Origin: Octopus sinensis
Taxonomy: Eukaryota
NCBI RefSeq assembly: GCF_006345805.1
Contig: NC_043016.1
Coordinates: 1,674,001-1,738,000 of the forward strand
Reading direction: 5' to 3'
DNA length: 64,000 nucleotides
Shown: positions 29,767 to 41,035 of the stretch, piece after piece
Position numbering within the stretch: the first letter of the stretch is position 1
Layout of the letters: the number at the start of each line of letters is the position of its first letter
Program-made: the position numbers and the translations under genes
The notes under the pieces: model-generated
Told to the model about the DNA's origin: nothing
Databases searched by the model: none
The model's input: the letters and a program-made list of their open reading frames with translations, nothing else

Positions 29767-29991
29767 CCGAAGTCTGGGCGCCATGATAGATCGTTAGCTC
29801 CTACACGCATTTTTTTCCCTCCTTGTTTCTCTCCTTGTTTTTTTCTGTGTATCTTTCTGTCGAAGAGCGTAGGCTCGAAACGTAAAAGACTTTTTCTATT
29901 TCTATTCCTGAACGCTATACTAATACATTTGTTTGTTTGTACTCCACCTGCCTTCGTCTTTTGTTTATTTTCGTAAACCTTCCCGTTATAT
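29767..29991 (+). mobile_element. ~225-bp non-coding unit resembling a PLE pseudo-LTR, carrying a hammerhead-like motif; 3' end joins TA
   Basis: Reverse-complement copies at 43555-43750 and 44962-45157. HHR-like motif at 29852-29889. Confidence 0.65.
29852..29889 (+). ncRNA. Minimal type I hammerhead-like motif with CUGUCGA core (A6U)
   Basis: UCUUU CUGUCGA A GAGC-GUAG-GCUC GAAA CGUA AAAGA. Stem I 5 bp, stem II 4 bp, palindromic ACGU stem III, GUA site. Confidence 0.6.
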
Positions 29992-29992
29992 A

Positions 29993-30891
29993 CTAGCTTA
30001 CTGTGACCCGCTCTACGCGCGGGTAAGAGTGTGGTTGTTGCTTTTTGTTGCTTCCTTTCTGTTTTTATCCCCACATTCTCCCTCTTTGTTTCTCTCTCCT
30101 TTCTCTCTCAATTTCCCACTCTCTTACTCTTCATTTCCCTCGGACTCTCCCTCGCTTTCTCTTACTCTCTATCTTTCTCTATCTATCTCTCTCTCCTATT
30201 TATGAACAACAAAAGATCTTGAGTAAGTTGCTAATGAAAATATTTTGAAAGATCAATCATAAATATCAGGCAGTGACAACGGAAAGGTCTGCTTCCAGGC
30301 AGAAAGCAAAACACTAACATTTAAAAGGGACAGACGAACTTGCGAGCTGAATAAAAAAAAAATACTGGAAACCAAAGTTTGAAGGGATAGAATCTGAGGA
30401 TAGTAGAGTCACCATGGCTGGTCTTTCTTAACGACGTACAGCAACGTAGTGGCAGTTTAACGGCTGCCGTAAAATTTCGAACTTGATGTAAAAGAAAATT
30501 CCTAAACACCAAGTTTTGAAGTGATTCTTTCTCACGACAGTAGACTCACCATGGCAAGCATTCAAAACTTCTTTATGATGGACGGCAACACATAGAAGAT
30601 TGAAAGGCTGGCGCAAATTTTTTAGCCTGATGTAACAGAGAATTCCTAAACACCCGCTCTTGTAAAATGTAATTCCCTTCCAGTCTAATTAGACCCATTT
30701 TCACATTTTGGTTAATATAACCGGATTTCATTCGGGTCTACTCGGGCCACCTTTTATAAGATGAGGAATTTTATCCTAGAGGACACGCCTTTCAATTGAG
30801 GGAAAAAAATAGTTGCCATGCAAACTCGCCAGCACTTTTAACATAGGTGTGCATATTTTCAGCTCAACCGACCACATAATGCACACATTAT

Positions 30892-30954
<63 letters not shown>

Positions 30955-31560
30955 TATATATATATACGCATTATATATATATGTGTGTGTGTGTGTACGC
31001 ATTATATATACAAATTATATATATATATATAAATAAATACAGATATATATACACTTTGTATATATATATTATATATACATATTTATATATAGAACACACA
31101 CACACATATAAATTAGCCCAATAAATATCTGATTCATAATATTTGTTCTCATGATTGAGGTGGCGGTGACGATAATAAAATTCTCTATGAATGCAGACAT
31201 GCAGAGAGAGAGGGGGTGGAGGAAAGAAGGACGACAGCGCTGGCGAAGGCAGTGGGGGAAAGATAGTAGTATCTGTCAAATGTCGTTATAGAGAGAAAGT
31301 GATGGGAAGGGAGGAAACAGAGAGAGACAGAGGAAGACATTCAGATAAGAGAATGAGAGGAGACTTGTCAAAGTGTGCGTTTTTTGCCCTAGTAATGAAA
31401 CCTTTTAAGATAGGGATTTCTAACCTAGCCCACTCGCATCCTCACCTCATTTTACATGTCCCTGTAAATTCCGGAGCGAATCCGATGGGACCTAGTGGCC
31501 TTTAACCCGTTCCAATGCCAAAACCAGACAAACAAACTTTTTGCATTTCAGATTTATAGA
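29993..31560 (-). mobile_element. Non-autonomous Helitron (Lep1-like architecture)
   Basis: On the minus strand: 5' A|TC start at 31560, preceded on plus by cagacaaacaaac...gcattt...atagat. 3' hairpin acccgc/gcgggt (30006-30024) lies ~9 nt before the terminal CTAG (29993-29996), followed by T. A|T insertion with no TSD. The interior was not verified as a single element. Confidence 0.6.
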
Positions 31561-31881
31561 TATTGATATATATGTATATTAAAACCTTGACCAATTCAAA
31601 TACAAAAATTCTTTTTCTTTCCCCACATTAAAAGGCTACTAAGTACTAAAACTATTCTGACCATGCCAATACAAAAGCCACGCCTATTTATCCCCTACTC
31701 CTCAAAAAAATTTTCTTCTTTTTCCTCCCTTGCTTGGCAAACCCCACAAAAAAATATTATATATAAAAAGGTAAAGAAATCTAACTTTAAACCACACCTT
31801 GATAAATCCGATAACAGAAGAAAGCCCTAAAAATGTAATAATATGTAAATAAAATATACATATATAATCATATATAATATA

Positions 31882-31997
31882 GCTGGTGTTGGAATGTTTA
31901 TGTTCCCGTAGCTTAGCGGATCGGCAAAAGAGACGGACAGAATAAGTACCAGACATTAAAAAAATATGTCCTGCATGGTCACAGTGAAATGACTGAG
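31882..31997 (+). mobile_element. 3' fragment of a second SINE family
   Basis: gctggtgttggaatgtttatgttcccgtagcttagcggatcggcaaaagag...aataagtaccag matches 57425-57500. Confidence 0.65.
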
Positions 31998-32880
31998 CGA
32001 ATAACTGTGAAAACAACTTAGAACATCGGATAAAAGTGGCAAGCAAATATCGCACCCTGTAATTCTCAGATTGTGGTTGAATGCTGTGTATTAATCTAAT
32101 CGACTCCTGCCCTTCTTTTATAACGCTAAATAATAGCTATTTTGAAGTGTGAGAGCAGTTTCGAATCTCTGTAATGCCTTGCTGCACGTTTCATCGGTCT
32201 TCTAAGTTGACTTACTCAATATTCTTAGCTGTTTTCGCAACTATTCTGTGTTCGAGGTTTAAGTTTGTTTATAAAAAATGCATCAAATCGTTTGCAACAA
32301 AATTACGGTATTATATGAGATTAATAACATAATTTTACTACCATTTGTGACCATATATTTGGTTGCTAATTGCAAGAGCTGAAAATTTGAAATATAAATC
32401 TATGCATACATGGTTTGGAAAGTAAAGACACGGATGTATATATGGTTTTTCCTTGCTGGTCAAATTAAACTATAAAATTCCGATCTGCAAACCCGCAGAG
32501 AGAAGACGTCTACGAACCGTGTTCTATTGTTAGCCAGATCTAAAATTATACAATCTATTTAGGTTCACCTTTTCTAGACCATTTCTGATTAAGAGTCAGC
32601 CAGTGCTATCCTTGGTAAGATTTTCTGAGTCACTCCAAGTACCGCCAAATTTCTCTTCTATCATAGACTGGAAAAGAAGTGATAACGCTAATTAATAGCG
32701 GGTTTGGAAGTATATGCTACCAGCGATAAGCCTCTATTTTCTATTCAAACACAATGATGCAGACTTTTGTGAGAGATCCATAGTGAAATATTCACGGATT
32801 TTCGGTGAGTGAAATTTATAACAGAGTGAAATATGCAAAGAACTTCCACATTTTTCAGATACATACATACATCTGTACAT

Positions 32881-34129
32881 GATGGCAGCCCCCTCGTTTT
32901 CGAATATGGCCATTGCACGAAGCTTAACTGTTATTGGTGCTGTGATCGAATGTGAATTTGTAGCCAGGCTAAGGATCTACAATGTCTAGTACAAAATTGG
33001 CAACTAAAACCTTTACTGGTAAAAGCCGGCTGTAGTTGTAACTGGGCTTCATGTACCTTTGCATGTCGTTTAAGTCCTCCTGCCGAATTACACACTCTTC
33101 CACATGCCCGACAGATATGATTAGTATGGTGTGTTACACCACCACCAGTGGCCAGGTTGTCACTCATCTGTCTCGTTTTATGACTACGAAGATGACTCTT
33201 GAGTCCAGCTTTACTGAGGCAGTGTCTTGAAAAGACATTGCATGTCAGAATCAAAGGAAGACCCTTCCCTTCTGGAAGTGTAAAAGCGATGCCCTTCATG
33301 ACATCCCTCCTTACTTTCTCATGCACAACTCGAGATTTCTTAAAAGTAGCTTTCCCCTCATGCACAATCTTTCTCCACCTGCTACGTTCAATAGCTATGC
33401 CCACACATGTGTCAGGAGAGATGCAAGCATCTCTTAATGAAGCCTTCAGCAAATCCTTATACCTCTTTTTGGTTTATGTGGAGGTCGTTCTCCTTTAGCG
33501 AACTCTCCATGAAAGAGTTGTTTTGGCATCCTTGAATCATTCATCCTGACCAGATGACCACTCCATCTGAGACTTTGCTTCAACACAGGAGCTTCTATAC
33601 TTTCGCACCGAGAGCCTTCCAATATTTCAAGGTCACTGATGCGGTCCTCCCACTTAATGCCATAGATCTGTCTGAATGTTGATCGTCTTAGTTGTAATAG
33701 TGTGAAGAGAACTTTATGAGAGGAAATGAATGCTGCAGACATTGGGGAGGATTGGGTGACCCTTAAAAAGTCATTTTATGCTACAGGCAAGAAAGTTCTG
33801 GGATTGATGCAAAGAAAGCATTGAGATTGGTTTAAAGAAAATGATGAACATATAGATGATTTATTGGCTGATAAAAGACGTACTTTGTCACGCTATTTGT
33901 CAGCAAAGCCACAGGAAAGGGAAGTGCTGCATAGGGAACTCAAGGATGTAAAATCACGTGTGAGGCAAAGGCTCTCTCAGCTGACGGATACCTGGTGGAG
34001 TAAGAGGGCTGACGAGATACAGGTGGCGTCAGATTCCAATAACACAAAGCTGTTGTATGGTCTCTTGCGAGAAGTTTATGGACCCACATCTTCCCTGATG
34101 ACACCACTTCGAAGCAGGGATGGTAAAGA
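32881..34129 (-). mobile_element. RTE-clade LINE insertion with a 5' inversion, flanked by 12-bp TSD ACATCTGTACAT
   Basis: Minus 32881-~33675: RQIYGIKWEDRI...LRWSGHLVRM, then three C2H2-like fingers and the 3' end. Plus ~33672-34129: LNVDRL...EDWVTLK...DWFKEND...WWSKRADEIQ...VYGP. TSD copies at 32869-32880 and 34130-34141. Confidence 0.85.
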
Positions 34130-35924
34130 ACATCTGTACATACATGCATGCATACATAAATAGATAGAGTGATAGATAGATATATACATACATATATACA
34201 TCAGAGAAATTGACCGGCTAATTCGTACATTACAAGTGCAATCTGTGAGTGGAACAGTAAAAATATGCAAGACTTTTCTCAAGTTCCAAATGTGAATTTG
34301 TGTTAACTACATTGCAAAAATGGAGCCTTGTATCTTTGTTGGAAACAGGCTCCTTCCTCAGTGGAAGATTTATAATAATTAAAAAATAAAAGCGATACAT
34401 ACATAGGTACGTAAACAAATATACATACATGTATTGATAAATATTTACATGCAAGATTTCGAAAGCCCAAATATGTACATAGACGGTTCAAATCTTGGAA
34501 AGTCGTTCATTTCTTTAATCGTTTTTAAAGGAAACCTGCTGAGTGAGGACGACTACAAACTGTGGGATATTACTGGCCAATTTTTTAAAAGTATGTAGAC
34601 TTTTTGAGTTCACATTTTCTAGTTGTTTCCTGATTAAAAGATGAACGGTGGTGTCCATGGTAAGATCTGCTGTCACTCCAAGTGCAATCGAATTTCTTCA
34701 TCATCATAGATTAGAAAAGAAGTGACCACGCTCCTTATTCGAGGGTCGGAAACAACAAGCTGCCAACTGATAAGCGTAAAGCCATCGGCGCAGGCATTTG
34801 TGACAAATCCATAGTAAGTTTTCCAAGGATTTCCTGAGAGAAATGATAAAAATAAGTGAAGCATGCACAGAACTTCATTCACATTTCAGCTAGGACACCT
34901 TTCGTCCTTGTGACGAGACCTTAACTGAGACGAGCACAATATGCACGATCTTCATGTTATAACATCAATGCACACTTCGCATTTACGAGACGGTCATTAA
35001 TCCACCGTTCGGTTCATCTGCCCATCTGTTGACAGTTACTTATTTCTCTCTTCCTAGATTTCTAGCAATGCCTGTCACTAAATAAGCTTCATGTTAGGAG
35101 GCGATATAGTCGCCGGCAACCCTAAGTATGAAGCATTTTGTACTGCTAGATTGTATGTTATTCGTGAAGGATCTGACCTACTTTAATATATATTTATATA
35201 TCACATAGACACACTCACGTACACTTGCACAAACGTACGTGCATATACGCATATATAGACACATATATACGCATATATATGCGTGTGTCGTTTTTTCCCA
35301 CTTGTTTTAGTTATTAGAATGCAGCCAAGCCAAGACATCGCATTGAAGAATTTTTAGTTGAATGAGGTCCAACATTTATGTTTTTTAAAGCTTGGCACTT
35401 ATTCTATCGGTCACTCATACCAAACCACTAAATTATGGGAACATAAATACACCAGCACCGGTTGTCAATCGGTGCTAGGGGACAAACAGACAAAAGACAT
35501 GCGCGCGCATGCACACACGTGCGTAAATGTACGTATGTATGTATGTATGTATGTATGTTTGTATATATAATGTGTGTGTATGTACGTGCATGTGTGCGTG
35601 AATGTGTGTGTGTGAGTGTGTATGTGTGCGTGTATGTGTGTGTTTAGGTATATAGATACATAATGGGCGTCTTTCAGTTTCTGTCCACTCACAAGTTGTT
35701 ATGATAGCAGATACTTGCCAAATGTATATCACAGTGTGATGTGGTTGGGAATCAAGCTTGTTCACACACAGCCACGCCTGCGCCTATATGTCTGTGCGCG
35801 TGTGTGTACACACACACACACACAAACACAAACACACACACACACAAACACACACACACATATATATATATATACACATACATACATGCATACATACACA
35901 CATACATACACACATACATACATA

Positions 35925-37081
35925 ACATTTGGGCTACTTGATTGGATGTTTGATGAGATCCGAGCCGTTGATGTGAAAAGCTGGACGATACTAACCAGCA
36001 CACATAATTTCCACATCAACAGTGACGTCGACCATCTCTACCTAAAATGAAAACAAGGAGTCAGGGGCTTAACATCTATCCAAACTGCCTTTGAATGTAG
36101 TATCATATCCTTTCGGCAACATCTTTTGACCACTAAGTGTTGAAGTGCATTTCCATACATGAGGCTGATAACATTATAAGACTTGGAATGCAGCTCTTTG
36201 AGCAACTTCGCTTGTTTGATAACCTGGTATACATTCCGAAAGATGACGCACGACCCTACCTTAATGGATCATCAGACGAAAGGATGAGCGTGTACCAGCA
36301 GGAGACCATAAGGATATGTTAGTAGAAAGCTCTGGGATGATAATAACATTGATCACCAAAGCAGTCTGTCGGGGACCAACTACCTGATTACAAACTCCTA
36401 CTTTGCGTTTGCAATCCAGTAACAGTAAATATCAACCAGACACCTGACGCAGAAAACTAGCAAAATGTGATAACCGATGCATACTTTGTAGAGTTAACAC
36501 CGAAGATGTCACCTACATCATAAACATTTGCCCGAAAATGTCATCATGGTGTTATCTACCGATGAGACATGATGTAGCTAAGATACTGTATAACGAGATC
36601 TGTCGGAAGGATAACTCCGAGGCCAAAGAAATAAGAACCAACATTATGGTAGAATGCTTAGGCACTCATAATAAATATGAGTGGAATGTCCAAGTGAAAA
36701 CGTCCATAAAATGTAATTATATATTATGATTACATTTTATGGACGTGACGAAAGTGATTTGGGATTGAGAAGAGAAATTGTGTACATTTGTGGAAATCAG
36801 CTACCCGGCACATGTTAACATAATGCTAAAAGATCAGCGAAAAAGACAATACATACGTTGAACTATTGAGAAATCTACCGTTACTCTATCCAGATTACCA
36901 GATCAGATTTATACCTGTAATTATTGGGCCACCGGGATATGTAACACAGTGTCTAAGTACCGATCTAAAGAAGTTAGGCTTCTCAAAACCAGAAAGAAGA
37001 AAGCTGATTCGAAGGCTACATATGCAAGGCATCAATGGAACTGTAAAATTCTGTAAAACTTTCAAGAAGTTTGTCATTTAA
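35925..37081 (+). mobile_element. Degraded 3' fragment of an RLE-type (R4-like) LINE, third family
   Basis: HNFHINSDVDHLYLK*KQGVRGL; RHDVAKILY; RFIPVIIGPPG...ING TVKFCK. Confidence 0.7.
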
Positions 37082-37093
37082 GTATACGTAAAA

Positions 37094-37318
37094 GGCGGCG
37101 AGCTGGCAGAAACGTTAACGCGCCGGCGAAATGCTTAGCGGTATTTCGTCTGCCGCTACGTTCTGAGTTCTTCCGCCGGTCGACTTTGCCTTTCATCCTT
37201 TCGGGGTCGATAAATAAAGTACCAGTTACGCACTGGGGTCGATGTAATCGACTTAATACCTATGCCTGTCCTTGTTTGTCCCCTCTGTGTTTAGCCTCTT
37301 GTGGGTAGTAAAGAAATA
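37094..37318 (+). mobile_element. Full SINE with a Tx1-like 3' tail
   Basis: ggcggcgagctggcagaaacgttaacgcgccgg...gtcgactttgcctttcatcctttcggggtcg...tatgcctgtccttgtttgtcccctctgtgtttagcctcttgtgggtagtaaagaaata. Confidence 0.85.
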
Positions 37319-38057
37319 TATATTTGAGAATGTCTAGATATGCAGCTATATTCATGAGAATACATACATAAAAGAAAACATACGAATCTGCACATCTACA
37401 AACATATAGAAAAATATCCTGTTGATGTTGTAGAAATTCCAATGAAGGAGCCTTGGATCTAGGTTAGAAACGTTCAAGCGGCTGAGCCAGCTGAGTGAAC
37501 TAAACAACGTATATATGTATATATAGACAGAAAAAGAGAGGGGCAATTATCGGATAAACAAAATAAATATATTAAATATAACAGTTTGAGTATGAAATAT
37601 AAAATATGCAAAGGCGCATACATGCAATACGAGAGAAAGTAAAAGTGGAGACTTTCAGACGATGAATATTTGAGTATAAATATATATATATATATATCTA
37701 TATATATATAATATATATATATATATATTAATAGACCCAACTTACACAGAATACAAACAACGGTCTAATCACAACATGCGGCATAATAAAAGCAATCACC
37801 ATTGGATAAATTGAGCCTCCGTCGTCAGGGTAGAAAAGATCATAAGGCAGAAAAGTTCAAAGGTGGAGTTCGTATATTCCATTTACCGTCTCTATCATTT
37901 GTTATATACTCTTCGTATACTGAGGAATTCCTGAAATAGATCCAGCGACAATTGTAGAAATACCGTGGATGACATCAGTCAACCATAGGAAGTGAACGTG
38001 CCTCATCAGCTTTCTACTAGGAATATACCCAACACTTAAATATTTATTCATATATAT

Positions 38058-39195
38058 TGTTACGGAATCACCCGTCGTCGCCCGTCCCGAACGGCTCACA
38101 CAAGTTCCGCCACGGAACCCAAAGAGGCGGAGAGAGGAGATACAGATAGATACTGCCACAACCTCAACAGCACAGAGATACAGAGGTACAACCCGAGATA
38201 CAACCCAAAGAGGCAAGGCAACAACTGGCAACACTGGCTTATATTCAAACAACAGTTTATACGACAATCAATGGTTACAACCTCAAATACATTTAAGGCA
38301 GACATTTAAAGGAAGACATGCACGTGACTACTCAATACATCATACAACAGATCAAAGCATAATACAACAGCAATTCATGTAACAATATATCAGTCCGGAG
38401 ACGCAACAAGTCATATACAGTATTTCAAAGGTACACGCGAAGACACAGTTCTCTAAAGTCTCTTTTTCTAAACATCACAAATAACGTCACAATCAACAAG
38501 TCCTTTACTCTTAAATTCACAATGTCCTTTATCGACTATATCGACAGAGTCCTTGTTTTTAAACACCACGTGTTCTTTACACCGTGACACATATCAATGC
38601 ACAAAACACATACCTCAATTCTCAATTGAATCGCCAGTGTCCCATTCCTCTCATCCTGCTATTCCTCTGAATCTGCCATTCCTCTTGCATACTGCTAATT
38701 CCTTCTGTACATATCCCAATCAGTGCCGCCAAGACTCCGCATCCCAGCTTGCTCCCAAGAATTCCAACGCCTCCAAGATTCCATCTACTCGCTCTGACTT
38801 CCAGAATCCCACTGTCTTCCTCGAGGACCGGCCAAGACTGCCAGATCCGTCTGTGTTCTTCGACGACCGCTCAACGACTGCCAAGACCTCACTTCGTCTC
38901 TGTGCTTCTTCCACTCCCTCATCTCCCTCTGTACCGCTCATACCCTCTCTAACTGTCCCTTAGTCTTATACTCTATCTATATCCTCTCAGCCCTTAATCT
39001 GTCTTCCTCTCTCTCACATTCTCCTGACCCTCTTCTCAGCCGCACGAGGTCACAGGTCATTCCAAAACCCATTAGTCCTCCATTAGACAAAAGACTGTCA
39101 CATTTTCACCAGACATCATGGTGCCATTATTCCAATGTGGGTCACCAGAAACACTACACTAATTAAACCCGAAATGCACTTAGCCAACCGTAACA
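38058..39195 (-). mobile_element. Solo LTR, probably Gypsy-type; strand tentative
   Basis: Termini TGTTACGG...CCGTAACA (8-bp inverted repeat, TG..CA). 4-bp TSD ATAT at 38054-38057 and 39196-39199. No coding motifs inside. Confidence 0.75.
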
Positions 39196-39204
39196 ATATA
39201 TATA

Positions 39205-39317
39205 TAAAGTTAATCCAAACATGAAAACACCGAGAAAACACAACAACGCGAGGACGTGGAACAAATATAGTATTATTGGACGCTCAAGAAGGAAGGGAAG
39301 GAGGGTTTAACGTTTCA
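39205..39317 (-). mobile_element. Truncated pseudo-LTR-like unit related to 43555-43750
   Basis: aaatatagtattattggacgctcaag...tttaacgtttc resembles aaatgtattagtatggcgctcagg...ttttacgtttc. It breaks off inside the HHR motif. Confidence 0.4.
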
Positions 39318-39905
39318 ACTTACCCTTAACAGAAATATTAGCGGGGCTCAAAAGAGTACCACGCGCAGGTTGATGCATTACAACTGTTTTTTTCTTTTCA
39401 GCTTAATGGTCACAAGAGATTGCAGACCTGTTTCAGAATGACTGACAAGATTGCAATCGTCAGCGTGTAAAAGTTCCCTAATGAGTGAAGTAAAAAACCT
39501 TTGTTTTCAATTTCAGTGTGATCAGGTTAAAAAAACCCTAAAAAATCTAATCTTGCGAAAAAACGAAACGCATTCACGCATCGGAAGAATTCAATAGGAT
39601 TGCTCACCCTAAGAGATCCTTGATGCTTCTTACTACTTGAAGTGGTTAGCCGGAACCTGGAATACACCTAAGAGCTATTACGGTGCCGCATGGACAATTT
39701 ATCTCTATATACTCATCGTATATATACTTATGTATGTAATAATTTATGTAGGTATTTAGGTATGTACATACGTACATACATACATACATAGGGTGTATAG
39801 GTGTTTACGCATGCATAGCAGGTATAACATATGCATACGCACATACTTATATGCATGCATACATACATACGTACATACGTACATACATACATACACATAC
39901 ATACA

Positions 39906-39936
<31 letters not shown>

Positions 39937-40181
39937 CATGAACTAATTGTTACTTTCTCAGATGCAGCACGGACTTTTGTCAGTGAACAGGTCGCGGTTT
40001 AAAAAAAGGGACGAAACTATTTTTACAAATGAAGTTTAAACGCGCTGAACGAATTTAACGGTTTTTTTGTTTGTGTTTAAATGACTTATAAACACCTACC
40101 ATGGTGCAATTGTTTATGTTTCAGCACACAATTTCAGAAAGTCACTTGCTATGCAAGTACATTTCCGTACTATATATATAT

Positions 40182-40260
<79 letters not shown>

Positions 40261-40264
<4 letters not shown>

Positions 40265-40446
40265 ATGTTACATTACTCGGTAGTCAAGATAAAACTCTGA
40301 GTTCAGATGCCGAAGTGGAAATCCACAACACCATCTCTTCGGTTATCGGGCTATGCCAGATAACCGAAGAGATGGTGTTGTGGATTTCCACTTCGGCATC
40401 TGAAACTCAGAGTGTTATCTTGACTACCGAGTAATGGAACATATTG
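40261..40446. mobile_element. Fold-back element 1: two head-to-head ~87-bp arms, each with a hammerhead-like motif, inserted in (TA)n
   Basis: Arms 40261-40347 and 40359-40446 are near-perfect inverted repeats. HHR-like motifs at 40359-40419 (+) and 40288-40347 (-). A partial third copy lies at ~41924-42000. Confidence 0.8.
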
Positions 40447-40517
40447 TATAGATAAATTCCTCTATTTACATAATATTGAGGTCTCTTCTTTTCTTTTGTT
40501 ATCTTACCGTTTATCAA

Positions 40518-40548
<31 letters not shown>

Positions 40549-40565
40549 ATATAGATATATATATA

Positions 40566-40937
40566 TAAATTGATCAAAATGAAAACATGATGCCAAGGAT
40601 TCAGCGGTACATAAGTTTCGGGCCTTTATTAGACAGATTTATAACAATGCATAATGTATGTCTGTGGCCTTCTTCAGCCGCGCACAACAGCTTCCACAAG
40701 GACATGTGTTACATCAAAAATTCTTGGTTGGGGATGCAAATCCTCTCATTCGCGATTGAGAGGATTTGCATCCCCAACCAAGAATTTTGATGTAACACAT
40801 GTCCTTGTGGAAGCTGTTTGCTGCGGGCTGAAGAAGGCCACAGACATACATTATGCATTGTTATAAATCTGTCTAATAAAGGCCCGAACTTATGTACCGC
40901 TGATCCTTGGCATCATGTTTTCATTTTGATCAATTTA
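40566..40937. mobile_element. Fold-back element 2: two head-to-head ~185-bp arms, each with a type I hammerhead, inserted in (TA)n
   Basis: Inversion centre ~40752. HHRs at 40604-40681 (-) and 40823-40900 (+). A solo arm lies at 42636-42820. Confidence 0.85.
40604..40681 (-). ncRNA. Type I hammerhead ribozyme, consensus core
   Basis: GCGG CUGAAGA A GGCC [41-nt insert with ACAGA/UCUGU helix] GGCC C GAAA C-UUAU-GUA CCGC. Confidence 0.75.
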
Positions 40938-40997
40938 CTCCACTACACCACCAAACGGTATACACAGGTGCTTATAATTATCAAGTACTCACCCCGA

Positions 40998-41035
<38 letters not shown>

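Noticed and set aside
32931-33452. C2H2 zinc-finger ORF as a host zinc-finger gene
   Set aside because: It is continuous with RTE thumb-region sequence and lies inside the TSD-bounded insertion.
34673-34882. Possible exon on the minus strand (pyrimidine tract plus AG at ~34835)
   Set aside because: All three frames hit stops before a clear donor site, and no protein family was recognisable.
37094-37170. tRNA gene
   Set aside because: It is the SINE head: no complete cloverleaf, and it is followed by the SINE body.
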